A DNA stretch of 48,474 nt from Thermoplasmatota archaeon. Lineage in GTDB: Archaea > Thermoplasmatota > E2 > DHVEG-1. Shown here one piece after another: positions 28,421 through 38,434 of this stretch; the first letter of the stretch is position 1; every line of letters starts with the position of its first letter. The notes under the pieces were generated by a model. The model had not been told where the DNA came from. It saw nothing but the letters and a program-made list of their open reading frames with translations, and searched no databases. The stretch spans positions 1 through 48,474 of the forward strand of contig JAJISJ010000002.1 of the NCBI GenBank assembly GCA_022848765.1. Direction: 5' to 3'. The position numbers and the translations under genes were made by a program.

Positions 28421-30202
28421 ATGGATTTAATAATAAAAGCAAGAGATGGCCCAGCTAGAATTTGTGCAATGCAAATTAATCAAAATACAGTAATAACACC
28501 AAATATTTTATTTTTAAAAACATCTCGATTTAAAATCCCTGAATCTGCAGATATTTTATTAACCTCAAAAAACAAAAATACAAAAAAGACCCCAATTAAA
28601 TTAAAAAATATTTATAAAAAAGATATTAGAGATATTGTTAGTATAGGAATACCAAATTCAAAGTATTTTAATAATTCGTTTAATATTGTTTATAGCGATA
28701 AGAATATCCAAAAAATAAATAAAAAGGAAAATATTTTATTTATAATTGGAAATTCATTAAATATATCAAAAAAACAAACGGAATTTGTGAATTTAATCGT
28801 TAAATTAAGAGAAAAAATTGGATATAAAAATTTAATATATTTACCAACCATTGTTGATCTTTCTAATCTTTCATTATTTACCTATATGGGTATTGATCTA
28901 TTTGATAGTACATCTGCAATTATTACAGCAAGAAAAAATAATTTATTTTTTTCATCAGGTAATCAAAATATAAATGAAATGAGGCAAATTCCTTGTAGTT
29001 GTAACTATTGTAAGAATTATAGAGATAACCCTTCATCAATGCCTTTTGAAAAAATTCTTAAACATAACTATGAATTATTACTAAATGAAATTAAATGCAT
29101 AAGAAATCATATATTTAATGGATCTTTAAGAGATCTCATAGAAATAAGATCAAAAACCAATGTTAATTCAACAGCTTTATTAAGAATTTTAGATGATAAA
29201 CATTACAGTTATATTGAAGAAAAAACACCAATAATAAAAAAGAAAAAATTAATCGTAACAACTAAAGAAGCTCTAAATAGAGTTGAAATTAAGAGATTTC
29301 AAGAAAGAATAATTGATAGATATAAAAAACCAGATAGTTCAAAAATACTTTTACTTCTACCATGTTCTGCAAAAAAACCTTATTCCTTTTCAAAATCTCA
29401 TAAAAAATTTAGAGAGAAAATATTTAATTTAGAAAATCCCCATATTATACATGAAATAATTATAACTTCCCCTATGGGTATAGTACCAAGGGAGCTTGAA
29501 TTGATTTATCCTGCTTCAAATTATGATATTCCCGTAACAGGGTTGTGGGATGAAGAAGAAAAAAAAATAATTTTAACTTTGCTGAAAAATTATTTAATAA
29601 AAAACAAATATGATAAAATTATTTTACATCTTCCAAAGAATATAAGAGAATTTATATCGGTTATTGTTAGTAATTCAATAAACACAGAAGTTGTTGGCAA
29701 TATCACATCTAAAGAATCTTTAAACTCATTATATAATGTTTTAAAGGAAGTAAGTAAAAATTATCCAAGGGTTAATTTCGAAAAAAGGAAAATTGAAAAT
29801 ATTGAATCTATTTTATCTTATCAATTTAACAAAAATATGGCTAAAACATTAATTGAAGATTGTAAAATAAAAGGACGATACCCTTATCAAAAAATATTTA
29901 ATAAAAATTTTCAATTGGGGATGTTAACAAAAGAAAGAGGTTTTATTTCTTTAACCACTTATGGTGCTAAAAGGATTTTCAATTCAAATAGATATTGTAT
30001 AGAAATATTTGATGATTTCTTATTAAAAGGATCTTTATTTGCACCGGGCATAAAAAAGGCAGATAAAGATATAAGAATTGGCGACGAGGTTTTAATTATT
30101 AGAAATGAAAAATTATGTGGGGTAGGAGTTGCTCAATTGAATGGAATTGACATGATGGAATTAAATTATGGAGAAGCAGTGAAAGTAAGACATAAAGTAT
30201 AA
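28421..30202 (+). CDS. arcS: Archaeosine synthase alpha subunit (TgtA2)
   Basis: TGT-like N-terminus (RDGPAR, TP), Zn site CSCNYC...H, LPCSAKKPYS.SKSH, TSP.G.VPRELE..YP...YDIPVTG.W, C-terminal PUA (APGI...D..IR.GDEV). Confidence 0.92.
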   Translation: MDLIIKARDGPARICAMQINQNTVITPNILFLKTSRFKIPESADILLTSKNKNTKKTPIKLKNIYKKDIRDIVSIGIPNSKYFNNSFNIVYSDKNIQKINKKENILFIIGNSLNISKKQTEFVNLIVKLREKIGYKNLIYLPTIVDLSNLSLFTYMGIDLFDSTSAIITARKNNLFFSSGNQNINEMRQIPCSCNYCKNYRDNPSSMPFEKILKHNYELLLNEIKCIRNHIFNGSLRDLIEIRSKTNVNSTALLRILDDKHYSYIEEKTPIIKKKKLIVTTKEALNRVEIKRFQERIIDRYKKPDSSKILLLLPCSAKKPYSFSKSHKKFREKIFNLENPHIIHEIIITSPMGIVPRELELIYPASNYDIPVTGLWDEEEKKIILTLLKNYLIKNKYDKIILHLPKNIREFISVIVSNSINTEVVGNITSKESLNSLYNVLKEVSKNYPRVNFEKRKIENIESILSYQFNKNMAKTLIEDCKIKGRYPYQKIFNKNFQLGMLTKERGFISLTTYGAKRIFNSNRYCIEIFDDFLLKGSLFAPGIKKADKDIRIGDEVLIIRNEKLCGVGVAQLNGIDMMELNYGEAVKVRHKV

Positions 30203-30229
30203 AAAAATTATAAAGATAACAAGATTAAA

Positions 30230-30742
30230 ATGGAAAAAATAAAACCAATAATTCATCTCTCTAGTTATATTGCAGAAAGTTCAATAATTATCGGGAATGT
30301 AAAGATTGGGAGAAATTGTGGAATTTTTCCAAATGCAGTAATAAGAGGAGATCAGAATTCTATATACATTGATGATGGAACAAATATTCAAGATTGTTGT
30401 GTTATTCATACGGATAAAGAACATATTGTAAGAATTGGAAAAAATGTATCAATAGGACATGGAGCTGTTGTTCATGGGGCAATAATAGATGACAACTGCT
30501 TAATAGGTATGAATGTGACAATTTTAAATGGAGTTCACATCGAAGAAGGTGTAATAATTGGTGCTAATGCTTTGGTTAAGTCTGATGAGGTAATTCCAAA
30601 GAATAGTCTAGTAGTTGGTGTACCTGGTAAAGTAGTAAAACAAGATGAAAAATTTAAAGAAATAATAATAAAAAATGCAAAAACATATAAAGAAATTTCA
30701 AAAAAATATTTAGATGGGGGATATTATTTTTATAATAGATGA
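30230..30742 (+). CDS. Gamma-class carbonic anhydrase family protein
   Basis: Hexapeptide repeats, IRGD, TNIQD..VIH, IGHGAVVHG metal-binding His pattern, GVPGKVVK. Confidence 0.9.
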   Translation: MEKIKPIIHLSSYIAESSIIIGNVKIGRNCGIFPNAVIRGDQNSIYIDDGTNIQDCCVIHTDKEHIVRIGKNVSIGHGAVVHGAIIDDNCLIGMNVTILNGVHIEEGVIIGANALVKSDEVIPKNSLVVGVPGKVVKQDEKFKEIIIKNAKTYKEISKKYLDGGYYFYNR

Positions 30743-30750
30743 TTAAATAA

Positions 30751-31239
30751 TTATTTATTTTTTTTCTTTAATTTTATACGCGTATATTCTAATAATCCTC
30801 CAGAGTTTTGGATTTCTGTAATTTCTTTAGGTAATTTTGGAAAAGAAAAATTTTTCTTATTAATTTTAATGATACCTTTGATTAAATTTAATTCAATAGA
30901 ATCATTTCCTGAAAAAGCTTTTACAAAATCTGGAGATTCTATTAAAACAAGGCCCTGATTGATCGATGCTCTATAAAAAATTCTCGCAAAACTTTCTGCA
31001 ATAATTGCTTTAATTCCAACTGCTTTTAAACCAATAACGGGTTGCTCACGGGAACTACCACATCCAAAATTTTTTCCAGCTATAATTATATCTCCTTTTT
31101 TAACATCTTTTGAAAAAGAAGAATCTAAGTCTTCTAAGAGATGTGGGATAATCTCATCTGCAGTACTACATGAATATGTATATTTACCAGGAAACAACAT
31201 ATCAGTATTTACATTGTCACCATATCTCCATATTTTCAT
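30751..31239 (-). CDS. Homoaconitase/3-isopropylmalate dehydratase small subunit
   Basis: GDNVNTD...PGKY, GKNFGCGSSREQ, AESFARIFYR..IN.G, GGLL; TAATG coupling with the large subunit. Confidence 0.9.
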   Translation of the reverse strand: MKIWRYGDNVNTDMLFPGKYTYSCSTADEIIPHLLEDLDSSFSKDVKKGDIIIAGKNFGCGSSREQPVIGLKAVGIKAIIAESFARIFYRASINQGLVLIESPDFVKAFSGNDSIELNLIKGIIKINKKNFSFPKLPKEITEIQNSGGLLEYTRIKLKKKNK

Positions 31240-32504
31240 TATAATAATACCTCCTTTGGATTAGTAATTTTCCCTTTTATAGCAGAAATTGCTACAGTAG
31301 CAGGACTTGCAAGATATATCTCAGCATCTTTACAGCCCATTCTACCCTTAAAATTTCTATTTGCAGTACTAATACATTTTTCCCCTGGAGCTAATACTCC
31401 CTGATGTGCTCCTAAACAAGGGCCGCATCCAGGTGGAAGTATGATTGCTCCAGATTTCACAAGAGTTTTAATTATCCCTAAATTAAGGGCATTTTCATAA
31501 ATATCTATTGATGCAGGTAAAATAATTAATCTCACATTTTTACTGATTTTTTTCCCATTTAAAATTTCAGCTGCAATTTTTAAATCCGAGATTCTACCAT
31601 TTGTACAAGTACCAATAAAACATTGTTGAATTTCTAAACCTTCTATTTCATCAACTGGCTTAACATTATCAACTGAATGGGGGCAAGCTATCATAGGTTC
31701 TATATGAGATAAATCATAATCAAATTCTTTAATATAAAGAGCTTGCTTATCAGCATAAGTTATATCATAATTAGATTTTGATATTCCAATTGAATTTAGA
31801 TAACCTATCGTAACATCATCAACTAAAAAAACTGAATTTTTTGCACCCATCTCAACTCCCATATTAGTTATAGTAAATCTATCATCAATAGTTAACTCAT
31901 TTACATCACCATGGAATTCTATTGAACAATAATTTGCTCCTGAAGCAGAAATGTCACCAATTATCTTTAATATTGTATCTTTCGCATAAACCCCTTTTTG
32001 TAATTTATTTTTTAAATTAATTTTTATACTATTTGGTACTTTCAACCATGTTTCACCAGATAATAATAAAGAAGCCGCTTCAGTTCTGTCAATTCCTGTA
32101 GAAAAAGTTCCAACTGCACCATATGAACAAGTATGCGAATCACTTCCTAAAATTAATTTACCAGGAAGGGCAAATCCCTTTTCAATAACAATTTGATGGC
32201 ATATACCAAACCCCACATCAAAAAAGTTTTTAATTTTAAATTCTTTTACAAACTCTCTAATTTTTTTATGATTTAATGCTGTTTTTTCAGTAGCTGCAGG
32301 AATAACATGATCAAGAACAATTATAGGCATTTTATTTGAATAAATTCCATATTTATCCAATTCATTTTGTATTTTTTGAATTATTGCTGCAGTGTTATCA
32401 TGGGTTAAAAGATGATCTGGAGTTACATTAACTATTTTATTTGGGACTATATTTTTTTCATCTGAATATTTGGCAAGAATTTTTTCAGCAAAAGTCATTT
32501 CCAT
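31239..32504 (-). CDS. Homoaconitase/3-isopropylmalate dehydratase large subunit
   Basis: TFAEKIL, DHVIP, GICHQ, GSDSHTC.YGA, IGTCTNGR, PGCGPCLG, STANRNFKGRMG, YLASPA (three Fe-S Cys). Confidence 0.92.
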   Translation of the reverse strand: MEMTFAEKILAKYSDEKNIVPNKIVNVTPDHLLTHDNTAAIIQKIQNELDKYGIYSNKMPIIVLDHVIPAATEKTALNHKKIREFVKEFKIKNFFDVGFGICHQIVIEKGFALPGKLILGSDSHTCSYGAVGTFSTGIDRTEAASLLLSGETWLKVPNSIKINLKNKLQKGVYAKDTILKIIGDISASGANYCSIEFHGDVNELTIDDRFTITNMGVEMGAKNSVFLVDDVTIGYLNSIGISKSNYDITYADKQALYIKEFDYDLSHIEPMIACPHSVDNVKPVDEIEGLEIQQCFIGTCTNGRISDLKIAAEILNGKKISKNVRLIILPASIDIYENALNLGIIKTLVKSGAIILPPGCGPCLGAHQGVLAPGEKCISTANRNFKGRMGCKDAEIYLASPATVAISAIKGKITNPKEVLL

Positions 32505-32687
32505 TATTTGATCTCCTTTTTAGTGTTGATAATAAAATTATCAATATAATAGTATTCAACAATAGGGGATATAAAATTAGTATTTTAATTTTATTTTAAA
32601 TGTTAAAATCATTATTTTGTTAAAAAAACAAGAAAATTATAAGTTAGAGTTGTGTTATATATTATTTACATTGTGAAGGGATAAAAG

Positions 32688-33518
32688 ATGGGAAAAATAA
32701 AAATTATTAACGATAAAAAGGCTGTTGCAGGAGTTATTGAAGCACTTTTACTTGTTGCTCTTGTTTCAATAATAATTTCAACAATTCAACTAATATATAT
32801 ACCTGAAATAATGAAACAAAGAGAATCTGACCATATGGAGGAGATTGAAAATCAATTTTCATTTTTAAAAGCTGTTGTTGATATACAATCTATGGAAAAA
32901 AAAGATGTCCCAATTACCTCTACAATTACTTTAGGTAGTAGAGAACTACCATATTTTGTTACTGCTCGTAGTTTTGGAGAACTAACTATTGTTGGTATAG
33001 ATAATGATGATTATATGATTAATATTGATTATGGGGCAAAAAAAATACCTCTTACTTCGATAAGATATGAAGCAGCAAATTCATATTTTGTTGATCAAAT
33101 ATATACTATTGAAGGTGGTTGTATCATTCTTAAACAAAATGATGGGGAGACTGTAAGAGTTGAACCGACAGTTAATATTGAAAACAGAAGTAATGAAATC
33201 AATATGTATTATGATATACCAATAATCATTGGTATTTCAGGAAAAAATCAAACAAGTGGATATAAAAATTGTTTCATAAGAACAAACTTTTCAAATTCTG
33301 ATAATGATTGGATTTCCTTTACTAATATTTCAAATATTAATATAACAACTGAGTATCCCCAAGCCTGGTACGATCTATTAGATTATTTGTTTGAAGAAAA
33401 TGTAAACCTTGGAAATGGTTCTTCATATGTAAAAATTACAAGAAAAAATAAATTAATTAATTTTTATTATAAAGAAACTTATATATATGCTCAAATAAGT
33501 CCTGGATGGATTATTTAA
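32688..33518 (+). CDS. Archaeal pilin-like protein with class III signal peptide
   Basis: Charged leader ending DKKA, then hydrophobic VAGVIEALLLVALVSIIIS and P...K.RE..HM..I...F; beta-rich body with N-glycosylation sequons. Confidence 0.7.
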   Translation: MGKIKIINDKKAVAGVIEALLLVALVSIIISTIQLIYIPEIMKQRESDHMEEIENQFSFLKAVVDIQSMEKKDVPITSTITLGSRELPYFVTARSFGELTIVGIDNDDYMINIDYGAKKIPLTSIRYEAANSYFVDQIYTIEGGCIILKQNDGETVRVEPTVNIENRSNEINMYYDIPIIIGISGKNQTSGYKNCFIRTNFSNSDNDWISFTNISNINITTEYPQAWYDLLDYLFEENVNLGNGSSYVKITRKNKLINFYYKETYIYAQISPGWII

Positions 33519-33578
33519 TAAATAGAGATTTATTATTGAAAAAATAAGTTATTTATGATAAATAATGGAATATAGAAA

Positions 33579-34343
33579 ATGGAAGAAATTGAATATTTAA
33601 ATGAAAGCGAAAGTTCTATATTAAAAACGGGAATTAACGGTTTTGATGAATTATTTCATGAGGGGGGAATACCTCAAAACATCTCAATATTAATCTCAGG
33701 TACGACTGGTAGTGGTAAAAGTTTATTTTGTAGGCAGATATCTTATAATATTTTAAAAAATGGTGGTAAATGCTTTTATATTAGTTTTCAAGAATCTGAG
33801 AAAGGAATTAAAAGAAGTATGGACCAATTTGGATGGAATATTGATAAGTATATAGATTGCGGTTCTTTAATTATTCAAAAAATTAATCCAATGGATATTT
33901 TACGAATGAAATTTGGTTCGGTTGATGGTTCTGGTTCTGCCACAGAAATCTCATATAAAATTAAACCTTTTGAAATTCCAAATGATTTTAATCCAGATAT
34001 TATAATTGTTGATTCATTAAGTTCAATAATTGAAGTATCCGCAACAAAAGAAAAAAATTTTAGATCTTATTTACAGCAATTATTTGGATTTTTTGAAGAT
34101 TCAAATTCAATTTCATTGTTAATTTCTGAAATTTCTTCAAATAATAAAAATTATAGTAATTCAGGAATTGAAGAGTTTTTAGCAGATGGCGTTGTAGTTC
34201 TTTACAATTTAAAAAATAAACATGAACGAGCATTTGAAATAATTAAAATGAGATATAGTAATCATAAAAAAAATATATATGAAATGAAAATTAATGAAAA
34301 TGGAATTGAAATATTTCCAGATCAAATAGTTGTGGATTTATAG
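33579..34343 (+). CDS. KaiC/RAD55-family single-domain ATPase
   Basis: TGI.GFDEL...GGIP, Walker A GTTGSGKS, Walker B IIIVDS, EEFLADGVV.L, EIIKMR. Confidence 0.9.
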   Translation: MEEIEYLNESESSILKTGINGFDELFHEGGIPQNISILISGTTGSGKSLFCRQISYNILKNGGKCFYISFQESEKGIKRSMDQFGWNIDKYIDCGSLIIQKINPMDILRMKFGSVDGSGSATEISYKIKPFEIPNDFNPDIIIVDSLSSIIEVSATKEKNFRSYLQQLFGFFEDSNSISLLISEISSNNKNYSNSGIEEFLADGVVVLYNLKNKHERAFEIIKMRYSNHKKNIYEMKINENGIEIFPDQIVVDL

Positions 34344-34595
34344 ATATCTAAAGGCATCTGCATGTCGATTTAATTTTTTTGCGCCATATTGTACAATATT
34401 ATTTTCTATTTGTTTAACTTGAATTTTAGACAATCCAGTTCTTTTTAAAATTAAATTATTGCATTCATCATAAATCTTAATTATCCCATCATCAACACTA
34501 GAAATAACTTTTATAATATTATTATTTTGTAACCAAATCCAAATATTAATATTTTTCAACATCGAGATACCAATTGTAAGTTCTTCCACTAACAT
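34338..34595 (-). CDS. Small hypothetical protein
   Basis: 85-aa ORF (or 74 aa from ATG 34562) filling the gap between the two KaiC genes; protein-like composition, no known motif recognised. Confidence 0.55.
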   Translation of the reverse strand: MLVEELTIGISMLKNINIWIWLQNNNIIKVISSVDDGIIKIYDECNNLILKRTGLSKIQVKQIENNIVQYGAKKLNRHADAFRYL

Positions 34596-34754
34596 TTTTA
34601 TTTTAATAACTATATAAATATTTCTATATATTAATAGAAAAGTATTTTAATCATGTTTTAAAAATATAATATTTTAAAAAAACCTAGAGTAAAATTTATA
34701 TTTGCAAGGTTAAAATAATATATACGAACCTCTATACAACTTTGGGGTGATGCA

Positions 34755-35513
34755 TTGGAAATGAACATATATTCAAAACAGAATCAATTTATTAACAGAA
34801 TAAATACAGGAATAACTGGACTTGATAAAATAATTGAAGGAGGATTACCAGAAAAATCAATAACTTTAGTTTCTGGACCCCCTGGAAGTGGAAAAAGTAT
34901 ATTTTCATTTCAATTCCTATATGAGGGAATTAATAAAAATGAGACAGGATTATTTCTAACATTAGATAAAAAAGTAGATGGTCTTATAATCCAATCTAAA
35001 AAACTTGGATTTGATTTTAAATCTGCAATAGAAGATAAATCAGTAAAATTTAGATTTTTAAACATTAATAAGAAGTTAATATATGAAGCAATGGTTAATG
35101 AAATTTTATCTGGAAATTTTGATAGGATAGTTTTAGATTCTATAACGCCTTTATCTGAGATGCCAATATATGGAAATTATAGCCAAAATAACGAATCAAA
35201 TATAAGTATAATTAATTCTGAAGAGTATCCACCAAATACCAATTTACCAATTAGAAGATTACATTTACATTACATAATAAACGCATTAGAATCAACAGAA
35301 TCAACATCCATTGTAACCTCGGAATTACCGATGGGGTCATCTTTATTTTCAAGAGATGGAATCTCAGAATTTTTAGCTGATGGAGTAATAATTCTAAGTT
35401 TTGATCCAACTATGAATAGAAGAAAAATGTCCGTTATGAAAATGAGAAATACTAAACATACCTTAAAACCCCAAGATATTGAAATAAAAGAAGGCGGTAT
35501 ACAATTTATATAA
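34755..35513 (+). CDS. KaiC/RAD55-family single-domain ATPase (second copy)
   Basis: RI.TGI.GLD.II.GGLP, Walker A GPPGSGKS, RIVLDS, SEFLADGVI.L, VMKMR.T.H; GGGGTGA RBS upstream, start TTG 34755 or ATG 34761. Confidence 0.9.
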   Translation: MEMNIYSKQNQFINRINTGITGLDKIIEGGLPEKSITLVSGPPGSGKSIFSFQFLYEGINKNETGLFLTLDKKVDGLIIQSKKLGFDFKSAIEDKSVKFRFLNINKKLIYEAMVNEILSGNFDRIVLDSITPLSEMPIYGNYSQNNESNISIINSEEYPPNTNLPIRRLHLHYIINALESTESTSIVTSELPMGSSLFSRDGISEFLADGVIILSFDPTMNRRKMSVMKMRNTKHTLKPQDIEIKEGGIQFI

Positions 35514-35526
35514 TTTCAGGATTAAC

Positions 35527-35994
35527 ATGTTTAAATATAAACCCCCAAAAGAGTTGAGAGCTCTTTTTATTGCCCATTATGCACCTATCTTATTAATTAT
35601 TATGGTTGGACCTTTAACTGCATTTTACAATATATGGCAAATACCATTAGATAAGTTTTTAACAATTTTTTTTGGTTTAATAATTTTTCTTATCGGGACA
35701 TATATTTATTTTAAATGGGAAATATTTTGGTATAAAACTTTTAAAGGTCAACTTGTAACTACAGGAATTTTTAGTTATATACGACATCCTCATTATACAT
35801 CCTTGATTTTTGTCGGACTTGGTTTAGCTTTGTTTTTTTATTCAATATTTGCACTTGTAATTGCAATTATAGCAATTCCAATAATTATATGGAGTATATT
35901 GGATGAAGAAAAACATTTGATTAAACAATTTGGAAAAGAATATATAGAATTTATGAAAAAAAACCCATGGCGTATAATTCCTATGTTATATTAA
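35527..35994 (+). CDS. Isoprenylcysteine carboxyl methyltransferase / PEMT-like membrane methyltransferase
   Basis: LVTTG.FSYIRHPHY and EE..L...FG.EY..(F/Y) motifs; TM helices. Confidence 0.85.
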   Translation: MFKYKPPKELRALFIAHYAPILLIIMVGPLTAFYNIWQIPLDKFLTIFFGLIIFLIGTYIYFKWEIFWYKTFKGQLVTTGIFSYIRHPHYTSLIFVGLGLALFFYSIFALVIAIIAIPIIIWSILDEEKHLIKQFGKEYIEFMKKNPWRIIPMLY

Positions 35995-36075
35995 AAATAA
36001 CTCTCTAATGATATGAAATTTATTTTTTTAAATAATTCATAGAGATTATATATTATGATATAATTTGTAAAATTT

Positions 36076-37005
36076 ATGACTATTTTAGTAACTGGCGGCA
36101 GCGGTTTTATAGGAAAATATCTAATTAATGACCTTTTAAATCATGATTATCAAGTGAAAATTTTCACAAGACAGAAAAAATTGGATATTCAGAATATAGA
36201 TATTATTAAAGGTGATGTAACAAAAATTAAAGATTGTTTATCTGCAATGCAGGATGTGGATGTAGTTTTTCATAACGCAGCATATGCAACAGATTGCGGT
36301 AAAAAGGATGAAATTTTTAATACTAATATTAATGGTACAGAGAATATTGTCGAAGCTTGTTTAAAAAATGGAATCGATAGAATAATATACACAAGTACTG
36401 CGGGGGTTTATGGGTTTCCAAATATAAAAGAAAAAATAGATGAAAAATCAGTCATTAATCCTTATAATATATACCATAAATCTAAATTTGAGGGTGAAAA
36501 TATTTTAAAAAAAAATAAAGAGTTAAAAGTATCCATCATTCGTCCACCACTAGTATTAGGAGAAGGAGGTATAGGTTCAAACATTATAATTAATAAAATC
36601 AGGGAAGGAAAAATGATTTATATCGGCAATGGCGATCAATACATTTCAATAGTTCATCCAGCAGATGTAGCACAGTGTTTACGTTTAGCTTTTGAAAAAG
36701 ATAAAATTGGAGATACCTTTAACGTTGTTAGTTTTTATTGTAAAATTAAAGAATTATTTAATGAAGTAAGTATGCAATTGAAAGTTAAATCACCAGATAA
36801 AAATATCCCATATATTATTGCGTATATCGCAGCTTTTTTAGATGAGAACATAAATATAAAAGAACCTTCCTTAACCAGATTTAGAGTTAAATCATTAGGA
36901 ACAACTAGATTAATTAGTTTTGATAAGGCAAGAAAAAAAATTGAGTATAAACCAAAATATGATCTTAAAAGTACTGTTGAAGATATGGTTAAAAAATATA
37001 TTTAA
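36076..37005 (+). CDS. NAD-dependent epimerase/dehydratase (extended SDR, 3-beta-HSD-like)
   Basis: TGGSGFIG, GDV, HNAA, YTST..VYG, catalytic YHKSK, IRPP.V.G. Confidence 0.88.
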   Translation: MTILVTGGSGFIGKYLINDLLNHDYQVKIFTRQKKLDIQNIDIIKGDVTKIKDCLSAMQDVDVVFHNAAYATDCGKKDEIFNTNINGTENIVEACLKNGIDRIIYTSTAGVYGFPNIKEKIDEKSVINPYNIYHKSKFEGENILKKNKELKVSIIRPPLVLGEGGIGSNIIINKIREGKMIYIGNGDQYISIVHPADVAQCLRLAFEKDKIGDTFNVVSFYCKIKELFNEVSMQLKVKSPDKNIPYIIAYIAAFLDENINIKEPSLTRFRVKSLGTTRLISFDKARKKIEYKPKYDLKSTVEDMVKKYI

Positions 37006-37119
37006 TTTTTAGATTTCCTAATAAATTGAATAAATTATTTAAAAGTAATTTTCTCAAATGATGCAAATATAAATTGTTTAAAAATACAATTATTGTGCAT
37101 TAAAAGTATCAATAATTGA

Positions 37120-38247
37120 TTATTTTAAAACGTGAATATTTTTCTTCTCACATATATTTTTAAGTTTTTCTGGCCATACTGTAACACTACATTCTCCTAA
37201 ATGTGCCTTTTTTAATAAAAGCATATATGTACGTGATTGCCCAATCCCGCCTCCAATACTTAGTGGAATTTCATCATTTATGATTGCTTTATGGTAAGGC
37301 ATATCTAGAAAATGTTTTTGATTTGACATATCTAATTGAATTTTAAGAGTCTCTTTAGTAACTCTGACGCCCATTGATGTTAATTCATGCCTTCTTTCTG
37401 TTACTGGATTCCATACCAATATATCGCCATTTAAACCATGCATTTTTTTCCCATTAATTTTAGTTGTTTCTGTAACCCAATCATCATAATCCGCTGCCCT
37501 CATTTCATGAGGGTAACCATCATCAAGTGGCCATCCAATTCCAAGAATGAATACAGCAGGATACTTTTGAAGTATCTCATTTTCTCTTTGTTTTCTTGGT
37601 AGATCTGGAAACATATCAAGTATTTCTTCAGCATGTATAAATTTTAATTTATTTGGAAGATTTTCATACTTTTCTGAATGAAGTAAAGGAAATTCTTTCT
37701 GAATATATTTTTCAGAACCTTTGAATACCTTCCATATTTTTTCAACTGTATTTTTTAGATAATTAATATCACGTTGATCATTATTGATTACTTTTTCCCA
37801 ATCCCATTGATCAACATATGAACTATGATCATGATCAAGGAAATAATCTTTTCTAACAGCCCTCATATCTGTATAAAGACCTTCTCCGGGAATCATATCA
37901 AATTGTTTTAATGCCATTCTCTTCCATTTAGTAACCGCTTGAACAATTTGAGCTTGAATAGGTTTTTGTAAACCTAAACCACAATTAAATTCAACAGGTG
38001 TTCTTGATCCATCACGATCAAGATAATCATTTACTCCGCTGTGTTTATCTACAATCAAAGGACATTCGACTCTTATTAAATTTAATTCCTTACTTAAATT
38101 TTCTTCAAAATATGATTTTAATAAAGATATAGCTATTTGAGTATCTTTTTTGTTTAATAGGGCAGTATAGTTTTTTGGAAGTATATTTTCTAAATCATTA
38201 TAATTTCCAATTCCAGGTCCAGCAAGATCCATTTTTTTGTCATTCAT
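37120..38247 (-). CDS. asnA: Aspartate--ammonia ligase (asparagine synthetase A)
   Basis: VQ..TKWKRMAL, GEGLYTDMRA.R, HS.YVDQWDWE, RAADYDDW, LNGDILVW, ELTSMG.RV, SIGGGIGQSR; AGGTGA RBS. Confidence 0.93.
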   Translation of the reverse strand: MNDKKMDLAGPGIGNYNDLENILPKNYTALLNKKDTQIAISLLKSYFEENLSKELNLIRVECPLIVDKHSGVNDYLDRDGSRTPVEFNCGLGLQKPIQAQIVQAVTKWKRMALKQFDMIPGEGLYTDMRAVRKDYFLDHDHSSYVDQWDWEKVINNDQRDINYLKNTVEKIWKVFKGSEKYIQKEFPLLHSEKYENLPNKLKFIHAEEILDMFPDLPRKQRENEILQKYPAVFILGIGWPLDDGYPHEMRAADYDDWVTETTKINGKKMHGLNGDILVWNPVTERRHELTSMGVRVTKETLKIQLDMSNQKHFLDMPYHKAIINDEIPLSIGGGIGQSRTYMLLLKKAHLGECSVTVWPEKLKNICEKKNIHVLK

Positions 38248-38434
38248 AGTGTTTCACCTTTTATCAGGCATTCAGAAATCCCTATTTATACTTTTATCAA
38301 GTAACACAAAAGTTCATTTATAAGAATTTAATATATTGTTGCAAAATAAGGATTTCTATTCAAATTAATAATATATTATATAAATTTATTTGAACCATAT
38401 TCAAATTTAAATTCTAAGAATGGTAACAACAACA

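Noticed and set aside
33579-35513. A circadian clock (kaiABC)
   Set aside because: Single-domain KaiC-like proteins with no kaiA or kaiB in the window; such ATPases are widespread in archaea.
38357-38406. TTCAAAT/ATTTGAA inverted and direct repeats between asnA and rpl3
   Set aside because: Short and almost all A/T, so expected by chance at this composition.
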